From: Candidatus Binatia bacterium
GTDB lineage: Bacteria > Desulfobacterota > Binatia > HRBIN30
Direction: 5' to 3'
Assembly (NCBI GenBank): GCA_044450645.1
Contig: JBIOJG010000015.1
Span: 39,512 to 103,511, forward strand
Length of the DNA: 64,000 nucleotides
The notes below the pieces were generated by a model. The model was given only the letters and a program-made list of their open reading frames with translations. It had not been told where the DNA came from and did not search any database. Both the position numbers and the translations under genes were made by a program. This document shows positions 40,546-49,576 of this stretch, piece after piece (the first letter of the stretch is position 1; each line of letters starts with the position of its first letter).

Positions 40546-41757
40546 ATGCGAGAAGAATGCATCGTGACCAGGTACACGTCTCATGATCTCTGGCGTGGCG
40601 CCCGAGCGGCCCTGCTCGGCATCGTAGCCCTCGGCCTGTGCGGCTGCTTCCCGGGCGTCAAGCCCAATGCGTCAGACAAACTCATAGAGCTGATGTGGCC
40701 TGAGCCTCCACTCAAGACGCGCATCAAGTTCGTCGGCAATCTGACTGGAGAGCATGAGCTGGCCACCGGCTTCAACTGGAAGAAGGACCTCACCGAATTT
40801 CTCGCCGGCACCCCGACCACGGAGACGGAGCTGGCGAACCCGATGGGCATTGTCGTCTCCGCGGATGCACAGCGGGTGTACGTGACCGATCTTCCCCAGC
40901 AGCGCGTGTTCGTCTTCGACCTGGCCAACAAGAGCGTGAAAGCCTGGCCCGCAGAGCAGACCAAGGTGGCTGGTCCACTGGGGATCGCGCTCGATGCGGA
41001 CGAGAACGTGTACGTCGTCGACTCGACCGAGAAGAAGGTCGTCGTGCTCAACCGAGACGGCAAGCCCGTACGTACGTTTACGCACCCAAGCTTCATCCGC
41101 ATTACCGGCATTGCGGTCGATTCGAAGCGGGGACGCATCTACGTGTCCGACACCTCGCATCAGAAGTCGCCCGAGCACAAAGTCCGGGTCTTCGACCTGC
41201 AGGGGCAGTACGTCAAAGAGTTGGGCAAGGGGAAGGGTTTCGAAGAGGGGTATCTGCTCTTCCCGACCTATTTGACTGTGGATGACGCAGGGCTCGTCTA
41301 CGTTGCGGACTCGATGAATGCTCGCGTGCAGGCGTTCGATCCCGATTCGGGAGCGGTGGTGAGAACCTATGGGCAGCGTGGCACCGCCTACGGCGAGTTC
41401 GAACGGCCCAAAGGGCTCGCTCTCGATACCTTTGGCAATCTGTACGTCGCCGACTCAGGCTGGGCCAACGTCCAGATCTTCAACAGGAAAGGGCAGGTCC
41501 TGCTCTACTTCGCCGGTCGTGGCCGCTATCCCGGGCTACTCAACAACCCGGCCGGCATGGCCATCGACAAGAACAACCGTATCTACGTCGCCGACACCCA
41601 GAACTTCCGGTTGAGTGTTTATCAACTCGTGAACACGACCGCTGATGACAGTTTTGAGACCGCTGATCAGACGCCGCAGGGCAGCGCGCCCGGGCCGGTG
41701 AAGGCGTCGCGGGACAAGCAAGAAGCAATGGTACCAGGGACGGTTCGCAGCAACTAG
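40546..41757 (+). CDS. NHL-repeat beta-propeller lipoprotein (paralog 1)
   Basis: Lipobox LGLCGC. Six NHL repeats (YVTDLPQQRVFVFD, YVVDSTEKKVVVLN, YVSDTSHQ…VRVFD, YVADSMNARVQAFD, YVADSGWANVQIFN, YVADTQNFRLSVYQ). Confidence 0.85.
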   Translation: MREECIVTRYTSHDLWRGARAALLGIVALGLCGCFPGVKPNASDKLIELMWPEPPLKTRIKFVGNLTGEHELATGFNWKKDLTEFLAGTPTTETELANPMGIVVSADAQRVYVTDLPQQRVFVFDLANKSVKAWPAEQTKVAGPLGIALDADENVYVVDSTEKKVVVLNRDGKPVRTFTHPSFIRITGIAVDSKRGRIYVSDTSHQKSPEHKVRVFDLQGQYVKELGKGKGFEEGYLLFPTYLTVDDAGLVYVADSMNARVQAFDPDSGAVVRTYGQRGTAYGEFERPKGLALDTFGNLYVADSGWANVQIFNRKGQVLLYFAGRGRYPGLLNNPAGMAIDKNNRIYVADTQNFRLSVYQLVNTTADDSFETADQTPQGSAPGPVKASRDKQEAMVPGTVRSN

Positions 41758-41889
41758 GGCGCACACCGACTACCAGGGAGGCGTTCGGCCGAGGGAGGGT
41801 ACCGTATGACCTAAAGCACTGGAGGGGATGGCAATTGGACGTATCTAAGTCACAAAGTCACTAAACGAAAATTATGGGGGTTAACTTCT

Positions 41890-42693
41890 ATGAAGATGAA
41901 GATGTTGTTGTGGATGGCAGCTGCAGTATTACTGCTTAGCCCGCCCGTCCTCTGGGCCGCGCCAGGTGATCCCGGCACGGGTCTGGCGACAACCAATCAT
42001 GACTTCACCGACGCGGCGAATTACACGACCAGCACGCCTGTGGGTCTCTGTACGTTCTGCCACACGCCCCACAAGGCGCAGCACACTGCGCTGTTGTGGA
42101 ACCATAGCGATACGTCGAACACCTTTTCGTGGACCGACAACACGAAGACCGCAGCTGGCACGAGTCTACCGACGTTCACCAAGACCTGGAACGGCCCGAC
42201 GCCGAAGTGCCTCTCCTGCCATGACGGTAGCGTAGCGGTCGGCGATGTTGCCTGGTTCGATGAAAAAGCCCAGCTCATCACTACCACTAGCGTCACGCCT
42301 GGTATCCTCGATGCCAGCGGCAAAATCATCGATACATCGCATCAGGTGGGCGTCGGTGGCAGCATGAACGGCAACCACCCCGTGGTGGTTCCATATCCGG
42401 GCGTTGGCTCGAAGCACTATGCCGGCGGGAACAGCGGCACCAGCATCGTCACCGCGGAGTGGCAGGGTGACCCGACCGCCCTCGGTGTCGTGCTCTATAA
42501 GGCCAGTGACAACACCCTGGCGGCCAGCATCAACCGTGTGACCAACTCGCCTGTTGGCGCAGACAACCTCGGCGTCGAGTGCGCCTCGTGTCATGATCCG
42601 CACAACAAGCTCACCGTCGACGCGAAATTCCTACGCGGCATGATGACGGGGAACGACACCAATTACCTCTGCCTGAAGTGTCACATCAAGTAG
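41890..42693 (+). CDS. Secreted tetraheme c-type cytochrome
   Basis: Signal peptide MKMKMLLWMAAAVLLLSPPVLWA. Four CxxCH sites (CTFCHTPH, CLSCHDG, CASCHDPH, CLKCH). The N-terminal module is homologous to the start of the 12-heme protein at 47211. Confidence 0.85.
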   Translation: MKMKMLLWMAAAVLLLSPPVLWAAPGDPGTGLATTNHDFTDAANYTTSTPVGLCTFCHTPHKAQHTALLWNHSDTSNTFSWTDNTKTAAGTSLPTFTKTWNGPTPKCLSCHDGSVAVGDVAWFDEKAQLITTTSVTPGILDASGKIIDTSHQVGVGGSMNGNHPVVVPYPGVGSKHYAGGNSGTSIVTAEWQGDPTALGVVLYKASDNTLAASINRVTNSPVGADNLGVECASCHDPHNKLTVDAKFLRGMMTGNDTNYLCLKCHIK

Positions 42694-43081
42694 CCAGAGA
42701 GAGGATCTCGGACGGCATCGCAACCGATTGCGGCGATGATTGGACGGCCTGAGTAGCAAAGCACGCGGCGCGTACGCCGAGTGTAGCGCAGTCTAGGCCG
42801 TCCTTCGTCGCTCCCGGTTGTCCAGAGAAGGATGTTACTGTTCGATCGACATGCCTGCCGTACGGCGCCGCGCGCTCCGCCCGGAGTGATTCCCTTGCTT
42901 TTCTGTTGCCCGCGTGGTTGTTCTTTCCATCTACTTCAGAGCCGGCCCGTTGGAGCAGAGGGACCGACAAAATGGCGGGAGACAACCGCTTCGCGTTCTC
43001 GCGTGTGTATGTGCACGCACGGAACGCGCCTGCCGCGCCGTAACCCGTCCGGGTCGTGACAACCCTTTTCCTTGAGCAGTC

Positions 43082-43735
43082 ATGGTGTCCGCCGCGAGGC
43101 ACATGGGTACTGCCGTATTTTCCGCAACGATCCTGTTTTCCATTGCGGCCGGCGGTTGCGACCCTGCGATCCGCTACGAAGTGCTCAGCCGTGTGTTCGA
43201 CAACGTCCCGCCTCCCGGGGCGACACCGCCGCCGCGCCGCGCTAAACGGGTACGTCGCCAGCTGCCGGAGAAGGTTGCCAAGGCAGAAGGCACACCGGTC
43301 TCCACGCCGACGCCCGGCCCCCAAGGGCCGCCAATTGAGGCGGTAACCGAGTGGGACAAGGCGGTAGAGATGTTGCCGAAGGACGCGGCCGACGCACCCG
43401 ACTGGATGACGGCACTGTCGCAGGGAGTGATCGCGCCACGTTCGTCGCTGGATCCGAAGGAAGACACGCCCCCAGAACCGCTGCCGCTCGATGTCGAACT
43501 GGAGCCGTCCGGGAACCCCGATATGAAGGTCATCTTTCCGCACGCGGCCCACACGCAATGGTTGCAGTGCCCCAACTGCCATCCCGACATCTTCCAGATG
43601 CAGAAGGGGGCTGACCGAATCGCGATGGGGGACATTTTCGCCGGGCAGTTCTGCGGCAAGTGCCACGGGAAAATGGCGTTCGATGTAGCAACATCATGCC
43701 CGCGCTGCCACGTGCAGATGGGAGGAGGCGGATGA
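43082..43735 (+). CDS. Triheme cytochrome c7/c3-type lipoprotein
   Basis: Lipobox-like AAGGC. Pro-rich linker, then a ~75-aa c7-type domain with three CxxCH (CPNCH, CGKCH, CPRCH) and distal His residues (FPHAAH). Confidence 0.8.
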   Translation: MVSAARHMGTAVFSATILFSIAAGGCDPAIRYEVLSRVFDNVPPPGATPPPRRAKRVRRQLPEKVAKAEGTPVSTPTPGPQGPPIEAVTEWDKAVEMLPKDAADAPDWMTALSQGVIAPRSSLDPKEDTPPEPLPLDVELEPSGNPDMKVIFPHAAHTQWLQCPNCHPDIFQMQKGADRIAMGDIFAGQFCGKCHGKMAFDVATSCPRCHVQMGGGG

Positions 43736-44121
43736 GAGGCGAAACAGCGCGTTGGCATACGTCCCTTTCCCACGGGGAAAGTGGACCCTCGATCGGACTC
43801 ACTGCGGGTATCATCGCCGCGCTCTGCGTCCTCTCTCTCACCGCCGCCTACGCGGTGCCCGGCGACATCGTCTTTCCGCGCCAGGATACGCAAATCACAG
43901 AGGGCATTCCCAGCGCCGTTTTCCCGCACTGGTTCCATCGCATCCGCTATCGCTGTTTCGTGTGCCACCCCGATGTCTTTCCGATGGAAGTGACGAACGA
44001 GGGAATCACGATGGATGCCATCAACGCGGGAAAGGCCTGCGGAGCCTGCCACAATGGTCAGACCGCGTGGGCACCCTCGTTCGAAACCTGTACCCGGTGC
44101 CATGTGCCCCCGCCGGAATGA
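43732..44121 (+). CDS. Triheme cytochrome c7/c3-type protein (paralog)
   Basis: Signal peptide then a c7-type domain with CFVCH, CGACH, CTRCH and FPHWFH. ATG 43732 overlaps the upstream stop (ATGA). Confidence 0.75.
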   Translation: MRGETARWHTSLSHGESGPSIGLTAGIIAALCVLSLTAAYAVPGDIVFPRQDTQITEGIPSAVFPHWFHRIRYRCFVCHPDVFPMEVTNEGITMDAINAGKACGACHNGQTAWAPSFETCTRCHVPPPE

Positions 44122-46183
44122 ATCCGCCACCCTCTTTCCGCGATGCATCGCCGCGCTCATTGCCTCAATCTTCGTGCTGTGCTGGGCCGCGCCAGCGGTC
44201 CGAGCAGAGGATCAGCCCGGCAATCCGCTCAGCTCTCCCGTCAGGTTCGTCCGCATGCCGAGCCTCCGCTCGACCTTCAGTTTGCTTCCGCATTTCCGAA
44301 AGTGGGAAGCCGATCTGCTGTTCGGCTACGAGTGGGACCGGCAGGATGCCTCCGTGGCGAACGAACCAAGCAGTCACTTCGAGCGCATGACGTACACCGA
44401 AGAACTGCGGCTTGGGAGTAAGGGCTACTTTTACGACCCGCGCTTGCTCAGCATAGGACTGAGCGGCACTTTCGGGCTCTTCCAGGAGCAGGCCTCCGTG
44501 TCGGGAGAGCCGAGCAACAGCAACGGTACGCTGCTGGGCTATGATGCGAGCGCCGTGCTGTTTCCAGAAAAACCGTATTCCCTCACCGCCTTTGGCAATC
44601 GCACCGAGGATATCGTGACGCGGGAATTTGCCGGCACGACGAAAGTGTTGTTGGAGAACTACGATTCGTCTCTGCTGCTCCGCGACATGCCGCTGGATTC
44701 GGTCTTCGGCCTCCGGCACGAACGGGTGCGCGAAAATCTCGACTCCGGCCCCAACTCTGCGCGCCGGGAGGAGGTGCGGGATGTCGCCTCCTATCACGGC
44801 ACGCGGGTGGGAGAGGTGAGCGATCTGGACCTGAATTACGAGTTCGACGATGTGGCGGACAAGGTCCTCCCGACGTTGGACTTCCAGACCCATGACGGTG
44901 GGGTCACCTACCACTATTTCTTCGGCCCGTATCTCGAAAAGAACTTCTACTTGCGCGCCCGCATCTTCGACCGAGAAGGGCGGTTTTCAACGCTCGTGGG
45001 CCAGACGAGCGAGTCCCTGCGCATCGATCACACGGAGACCTTTTCCAGCAACTACGATTACAGTTTGCTGTACAGCAGCGTGAGCGGTGCAGGCAAAAGC
45101 CTCACTCACGCCGGATCGGCCGGCATCCAGCACCAGCTCTTCGGCAGTCTGAGGACGGACCTGCAGGCGCTCGGGAATTACTCCGACTTCGAGAACGGGC
45201 AGGCGTTCGGCTACGGCGGAACGCTGGGCGTCACCTACACCAAGCGCCTCCCCTTCGAAGGTCGGTTCACAGCGGGCGGCCGCGGCGCTTATCGCATCGA
45301 CGATCAGACGCTGCCGAGCGGCACGCTGCCGGTTTTCCAGGAGCGGCATGCGGTTCAGGATTTCCAACCGATCTTTCTCACCAATCCACGCGTCCAGCTG
45401 GATACGATCGTGGTCACCGACGAGGCGGGTAAAGAAGTGTTCAAAGAGGGCTTCGATTACACGGTGACGCTAGTCGGCGATCTCGCTGAATTGTTGATCC
45501 AGCCCGGGGGCGACCTGCACACGCGAGGTGTGACCGGCATTCTCATCGATTACCGCTTTGCGACCGCCCGCAAGCTCGAATTCGCCACGTCATCGAGAGG
45601 CTTCAACCTGGGGATCGACTATGACTCGTTCTCGGTCTATTTCCAGCGCCAGCAGACGGATGAATCGCTCCTGAGTGGTGACAATATCAATGCCCAGTTC
45701 CTTGACGACATCACCGATCAGACCGCGGGCGCGCAGGTGCGCTGGTCCGGCCCGCAAATCCAGGCCTCGGGCCTCGGCGAGTACCGCACGTACGATTCGA
45801 GACGCGTGGCGTTCACGACACCGCATGCGCTGCAGTCACTTTCGTGGCTCTCTTCGCGCACCTTGACATGCAACGTGACGATGAGCGAGAGTTTCTTTCA
45901 TTTTTCCAGACCGCAGAGCCGTGACACGCAAACCCTCCTGGCTCGCCTGACGACCACCTGGCGGCCAGCGCGGCGGCTCTTCATCGATGCGTTCGCGAGC
46001 TACCTGCGGCAGGACGACACCGTCGCCCCGGACGAGCGTCTTTATGACACGGGGTTGCGTGCGCAATTCGAATACGGCAGGTTGCGGCTGATCCCGACGA
46101 TTGCGTTCGCGCGCCGCGAAGTCGGTACGGCCAAGACCGACGAGGTGCGCGCCACCCTCACCCTCATCAGGAAGCTCTTCTGA
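44102..46183 (+). CDS. Large outer-membrane beta-barrel protein (porin-like component of a porin–cytochrome conduit)
   Basis: Signal peptide (…VLCWAAPAVRA|ED). ~690 aa of alternating amphipathic beta-strand pattern rich in Y/F/G/T. C-terminal aromatic residue (…LIRKLF). No cofactor motifs. Confidence 0.65.
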   Translation: MCPRRNESATLFPRCIAALIASIFVLCWAAPAVRAEDQPGNPLSSPVRFVRMPSLRSTFSLLPHFRKWEADLLFGYEWDRQDASVANEPSSHFERMTYTEELRLGSKGYFYDPRLLSIGLSGTFGLFQEQASVSGEPSNSNGTLLGYDASAVLFPEKPYSLTAFGNRTEDIVTREFAGTTKVLLENYDSSLLLRDMPLDSVFGLRHERVRENLDSGPNSARREEVRDVASYHGTRVGEVSDLDLNYEFDDVADKVLPTLDFQTHDGGVTYHYFFGPYLEKNFYLRARIFDREGRFSTLVGQTSESLRIDHTETFSSNYDYSLLYSSVSGAGKSLTHAGSAGIQHQLFGSLRTDLQALGNYSDFENGQAFGYGGTLGVTYTKRLPFEGRFTAGGRGAYRIDDQTLPSGTLPVFQERHAVQDFQPIFLTNPRVQLDTIVVTDEAGKEVFKEGFDYTVTLVGDLAELLIQPGGDLHTRGVTGILIDYRFATARKLEFATSSRGFNLGIDYDSFSVYFQRQQTDESLLSGDNINAQFLDDITDQTAGAQVRWSGPQIQASGLGEYRTYDSRRVAFTTPHALQSLSWLSSRTLTCNVTMSESFFHFSRPQSRDTQTLLARLTTTWRPARRLFIDAFASYLRQDDTVAPDERLYDTGLRAQFEYGRLRLIPTIAFARREVGTAKTDEVRATLTLIRKLF

Positions 46184-47214
46184 TGCGAGGCGCTCTGCTG
46201 AGTCTGTTCATGGCTGCGCTTCTCGTCGCCGGGTGCGCGCAACCGAATCCGCGTGAAGCCGCCGAAGCCCCGCCGACCCCTGCCGCCAAGCTGGTCTGGC
46301 CACCACCGCCGGACACCGCCAAGATCGAGTACGTCACGAGCATCACCGGAACCGGTGATCTGCATGTTGCCAAATCGTTCTTTCGCCGGCTGGGCGAGCT
46401 GATCCTCGGCCCCACGGAAGAATGGCTGGTGCGGCCAACCGGCGTGGCTGCGCGGGACGATTTTCTCGCCATTGCCGACGCCGGGACTCCTGCCCTGTTT
46501 CTGATCGATCGGGCCGCACGGGCCTTCCACAAAATCACGCAAGCGGGCGAAGAGGACCTGGTATCTCCGGTGGGAGTAGCAATCGCAGGAGAGAACGTGG
46601 TCTATTTAAGCGATTCGTACCTCCGTCGCCTCTACCGCCTCGACCGCGAAGGCCGGCTACTGCATGCATGGGGAGGCGATGACCTCGCGCGGCCAACCAG
46701 CTTGGCATACGACACCCAGCGGCGGCGCCTCTATGTCGCTGATGCCGGAGCCCACCGCGTCCTGGCATACGATCCGGATGGAACACTCCTCTTCGCCTTC
46801 GGCGAGCGCGGCCTGGCCGACGCTGAATTCAACTGGCCGAGCCACCTGTGCGTCGACCGTGACGGGCTGATCTACGTGGTCGACTTTTTCAACTTTCGCG
46901 TGCAGATCTTCGACCCCGACGGTCACTTCCTCTTCACGTTCGGTCACCAAGGGGACGGCTCCGGCGACTTCTCGCGGCCGAAGGGCATCGGTGTGGACAC
47001 TCGCGGGCACATCTACGTTGTCGACGCGCTCTTCGACGCCGTCCAGATCTTCGATTACCGTGGCCGGTTTCTGCTTGGCTTTGGCAAGCAAGGCCGCGAC
47101 GCGGGCGAGTTCTGGCTGCCGAACGGCCTGGCAACGGACCGGGATCGGATCTACGTGGCGGACGCCTACAATCAACGGGTCCAGGTGTTTCGGTTCATCG
47201 GCGCAGAGGAATGA
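46183..47214 (+). CDS. NHL-repeat beta-propeller lipoprotein (paralog 2)
   Basis: Lipobox LLVAGC. NHL repeats (YVADAGAHRVLAYD, YVVDFFNFRVQIFD, YVVDALFDAVQIFD, YVADAYNQRVQVFR). N-terminal segment KLVWPPPPDTAKIEYV parallels LIELMWPEPPLKTRIKFV of the 40546 protein. ATG overlaps the upstream stop (ATGA). Confidence 0.85.
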   Translation: MRGALLSLFMAALLVAGCAQPNPREAAEAPPTPAAKLVWPPPPDTAKIEYVTSITGTGDLHVAKSFFRRLGELILGPTEEWLVRPTGVAARDDFLAIADAGTPALFLIDRAARAFHKITQAGEEDLVSPVGVAIAGENVVYLSDSYLRRLYRLDREGRLLHAWGGDDLARPTSLAYDTQRRRLYVADAGAHRVLAYDPDGTLLFAFGERGLADAEFNWPSHLCVDRDGLIYVVDFFNFRVQIFDPDGHFLFTFGHQGDGSGDFSRPKGIGVDTRGHIYVVDALFDAVQIFDYRGRFLLGFGKQGRDAGEFWLPNGLATDRDRIYVADAYNQRVQVFRFIGAEE

Positions 47215-49064
47215 CCCGTTTCACGCGCATCGCCGTTTCCGTTTGCCTGCCCGCACTGTCGTGCCTGGTTCTGGCGCGGCCCGCCTGGGGTGGCATCGAA
47301 CACACGATCCACAACTTCAGCGTCAGCGGACCCCAGGCACGGGGCGCACCGCCGCGCGCGCCGGCGGTGAGCGGCACGGCTCCGACCGTGGGGATCTGCG
47401 TGTTCTGTCACACGCCGCACAACGCCAATCCGACCGCCGGACTGTGGAACCACCGTCTTCCGGCCGTCAGCTACAAGTTGTACGAAAGCTCCACGCTGCA
47501 AGCACAGATCAATCAGCCGACCGGATCGTCGCGACTGTGCCTGTCCTGCCATGACGGCACCCTCGCTCTCGGTGACCTACGCGTGCATCCACGCGGCGCA
47601 CATCTGTCGGTGGCCACGTTATCCGGTCGTGCCTCGCTGGGCACCGATTTGTCGGACGACCACCCGGTGTCGTTCCTCTACGATATCGCCCTGGCAAGCC
47701 GCCAAGGCGCGCTCGCCAATCCCGGCGCCTTGCCACCCGAGGTCCGGCTCGACAAAGCGGGCCAGATGCAGTGCACTTCTTGCCACGATCCGCACCAGGA
47801 CAAGTTCGATCATTTCTTGGTGATGGACAACCGCGGCGCGCGTCTGTGCACCGCATGCCACCATATCAAGGGCTGGTCGGACTCTTCGCATGCGACCTCG
47901 CCAGCAACGCAGACGCGGACGGGAGCCAATCCGTGGCCGCACACACCTTACGTCAGCGTCGCCGACAACGGCTGCGAGAACTGCCACCGGCAGCATGCCG
48001 CGGGACATCCCGAATGGCTTCTCCTCAACCGCACGGTGAGCGAAGACTGCTTCACCTGCCACGATGGCAGCGTGGCTGCTCGGGACGTCCGCCGATCGTT
48101 CAACTCGCTGAGCTCGCATCCGGTCGAGGTCACCGAGGCACTCCATCAGCCCAATGAAGATCCGCTGTTCATGAAGCGGCACGTGGCCTGTGGGGACTGT
48201 CACGACCCGCACTCGGTGCGCGCGGGTACGCGTCCCAGTGCCGGCGCACCACCGCGCGGTGCGCTCGGTACCATGGAGGTCACTGGTGCGGTGGCAGGCG
48301 TCGACGCCGCCGGCGGGCGCGTACGCCAGGCCCGGACCGAGTACGAAGTGTGTTACAAGTGCCATGGCCTGCAAGAGGAAGCGACCTTCCTGGTTGCGCC
48401 CCGCTTCATGCTCGTCCGTAACGACAACGTGACCAATGTACGCCTGCAATTCAGCACGAACAACGTGTCGTTCCACCCCGTCGAGGCCGTCGGCCGGAAT
48501 CCCACCATCAGCGGGTTCGAGGCGGGTTATACCCCCTCGACCATTTTGTCATGCACCGATTGCCACAACAGCGACGAGAGCGACGCCGCGGATACTCGGG
48601 CCGTACGCGGGCCGCACGGGTCGGCATACGAGCCCATCCTCGTCCGCGAGTACCAGGTCGGTGATCCGAGCCAGGAATCGTATCAGAGCTACGCCCTCTG
48701 CTATCGCTGCCACAACCGTACCGCACTGCTCTCCGACACCGGGGGCTTTCCGCACCGGTTGCACGTGGTCGACCAGCAGGCCTCGTGCGCGGTGTGCCAC
48801 GACGCCCATGGCTCACGGCAGAATCTTTTTCTGGTGAATTTCCTCGCGCGTGGGAAAACCGGCAATGCCGTCGTCACGCCGTCAGCAAGTACGAAGCAAC
48901 TCGAATTCCAGTCGTTCGGGCGCGGCCGGGGCCAATGCTCCCTGACCTGTCATGGGAGTGAGCACAACGCCAGACAGTACCCCGCGCCGACGACGCCGTC
49001 ACAGAAGGCCGTCCCTTTGCCGGCGCGACAACGCAATCCGATGAGTTTTGGTGTCGAACGGTGA
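47211..49064 (+). CDS. Secreted dodecaheme c-type cytochrome (11 CxxCH plus 1 CxxxCH)
   Basis: Signal peptide. CVFCHTPH, CLSCH, CTSCH, CTACH, CENCH, CFTCH, CGDCH, CYKCH, CTDCH, CYRCH, CAVCH, plus CSLTCH (CX3CH). ATG overlaps the stop of the NHL gene (ATGA). Confidence 0.85.
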   Translation: MTRFTRIAVSVCLPALSCLVLARPAWGGIEHTIHNFSVSGPQARGAPPRAPAVSGTAPTVGICVFCHTPHNANPTAGLWNHRLPAVSYKLYESSTLQAQINQPTGSSRLCLSCHDGTLALGDLRVHPRGAHLSVATLSGRASLGTDLSDDHPVSFLYDIALASRQGALANPGALPPEVRLDKAGQMQCTSCHDPHQDKFDHFLVMDNRGARLCTACHHIKGWSDSSHATSPATQTRTGANPWPHTPYVSVADNGCENCHRQHAAGHPEWLLLNRTVSEDCFTCHDGSVAARDVRRSFNSLSSHPVEVTEALHQPNEDPLFMKRHVACGDCHDPHSVRAGTRPSAGAPPRGALGTMEVTGAVAGVDAAGGRVRQARTEYEVCYKCHGLQEEATFLVAPRFMLVRNDNVTNVRLQFSTNNVSFHPVEAVGRNPTISGFEAGYTPSTILSCTDCHNSDESDAADTRAVRGPHGSAYEPILVREYQVGDPSQESYQSYALCYRCHNRTALLSDTGGFPHRLHVVDQQASCAVCHDAHGSRQNLFLVNFLARGKTGNAVVTPSASTKQLEFQSFGRGRGQCSLTCHGSEHNARQYPAPTTPSQKAVPLPARQRNPMSFGVER

Positions 49065-49134
49065 GGCCGAGCGGGAGGCGGCGGACATGCTCTGATGTCC
49101 GCCGCCCTTTGCTGCTCACATGATTTGACGAATA

Positions 49135-49437
49135 CTACTTCTTCAAACCCACCAAATACGACACCACGGCGCCCAGATCTTCGTCACTGAGGGTCGCCTT
49201 CGGCATTTTGGAGTCCGCCTTCTTCGACTTCGGATCCTTGATGTACTCCTTCAAGTACGCCTCGCCCTTTGCCCCAGCGGCATCAAGTGCCCCACCGTTC
49301 TTTGCCATCGGTCCGCCTACCCCGCCGATGCTGTGGCACGTCTTGCACTTCTTCTCGTACACTCCGGCGCCGTCTGCTGCCCAGGCTACCTGAGAAAGAA
49401 TCGCGAGAGCGGCGATCCCGAACACAATCCGCTTCAT
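49135..49437 (-). CDS. Small secreted monoheme class-I cytochrome c
   Basis: Signal peptide MKRIVFGIAALAILSQVAWA. Single CKTCHSIGG. C-terminal Met (SKMPKA) as likely sixth ligand. 100 aa. Confidence 0.8.
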   Translation of the reverse strand: MKRIVFGIAALAILSQVAWAADGAGVYEKKCKTCHSIGGVGGPMAKNGGALDAAGAKGEAYLKEYIKDPKSKKADSKMPKATLSDEDLGAVVSYLVGLKK

Positions 49438-49576
49438 AATGACCTCCTCCTAGGGGTTAGTGTTGTGTGCCCGCTTCCCATACCCGACACGGGCAAATAG
49501 CAAACCGGGCTGACGTGATCAAGAATGGCGATCAAAATGCAGAGGTGCGCTGGATGAAGCCGCGTGCGAGATCTTG

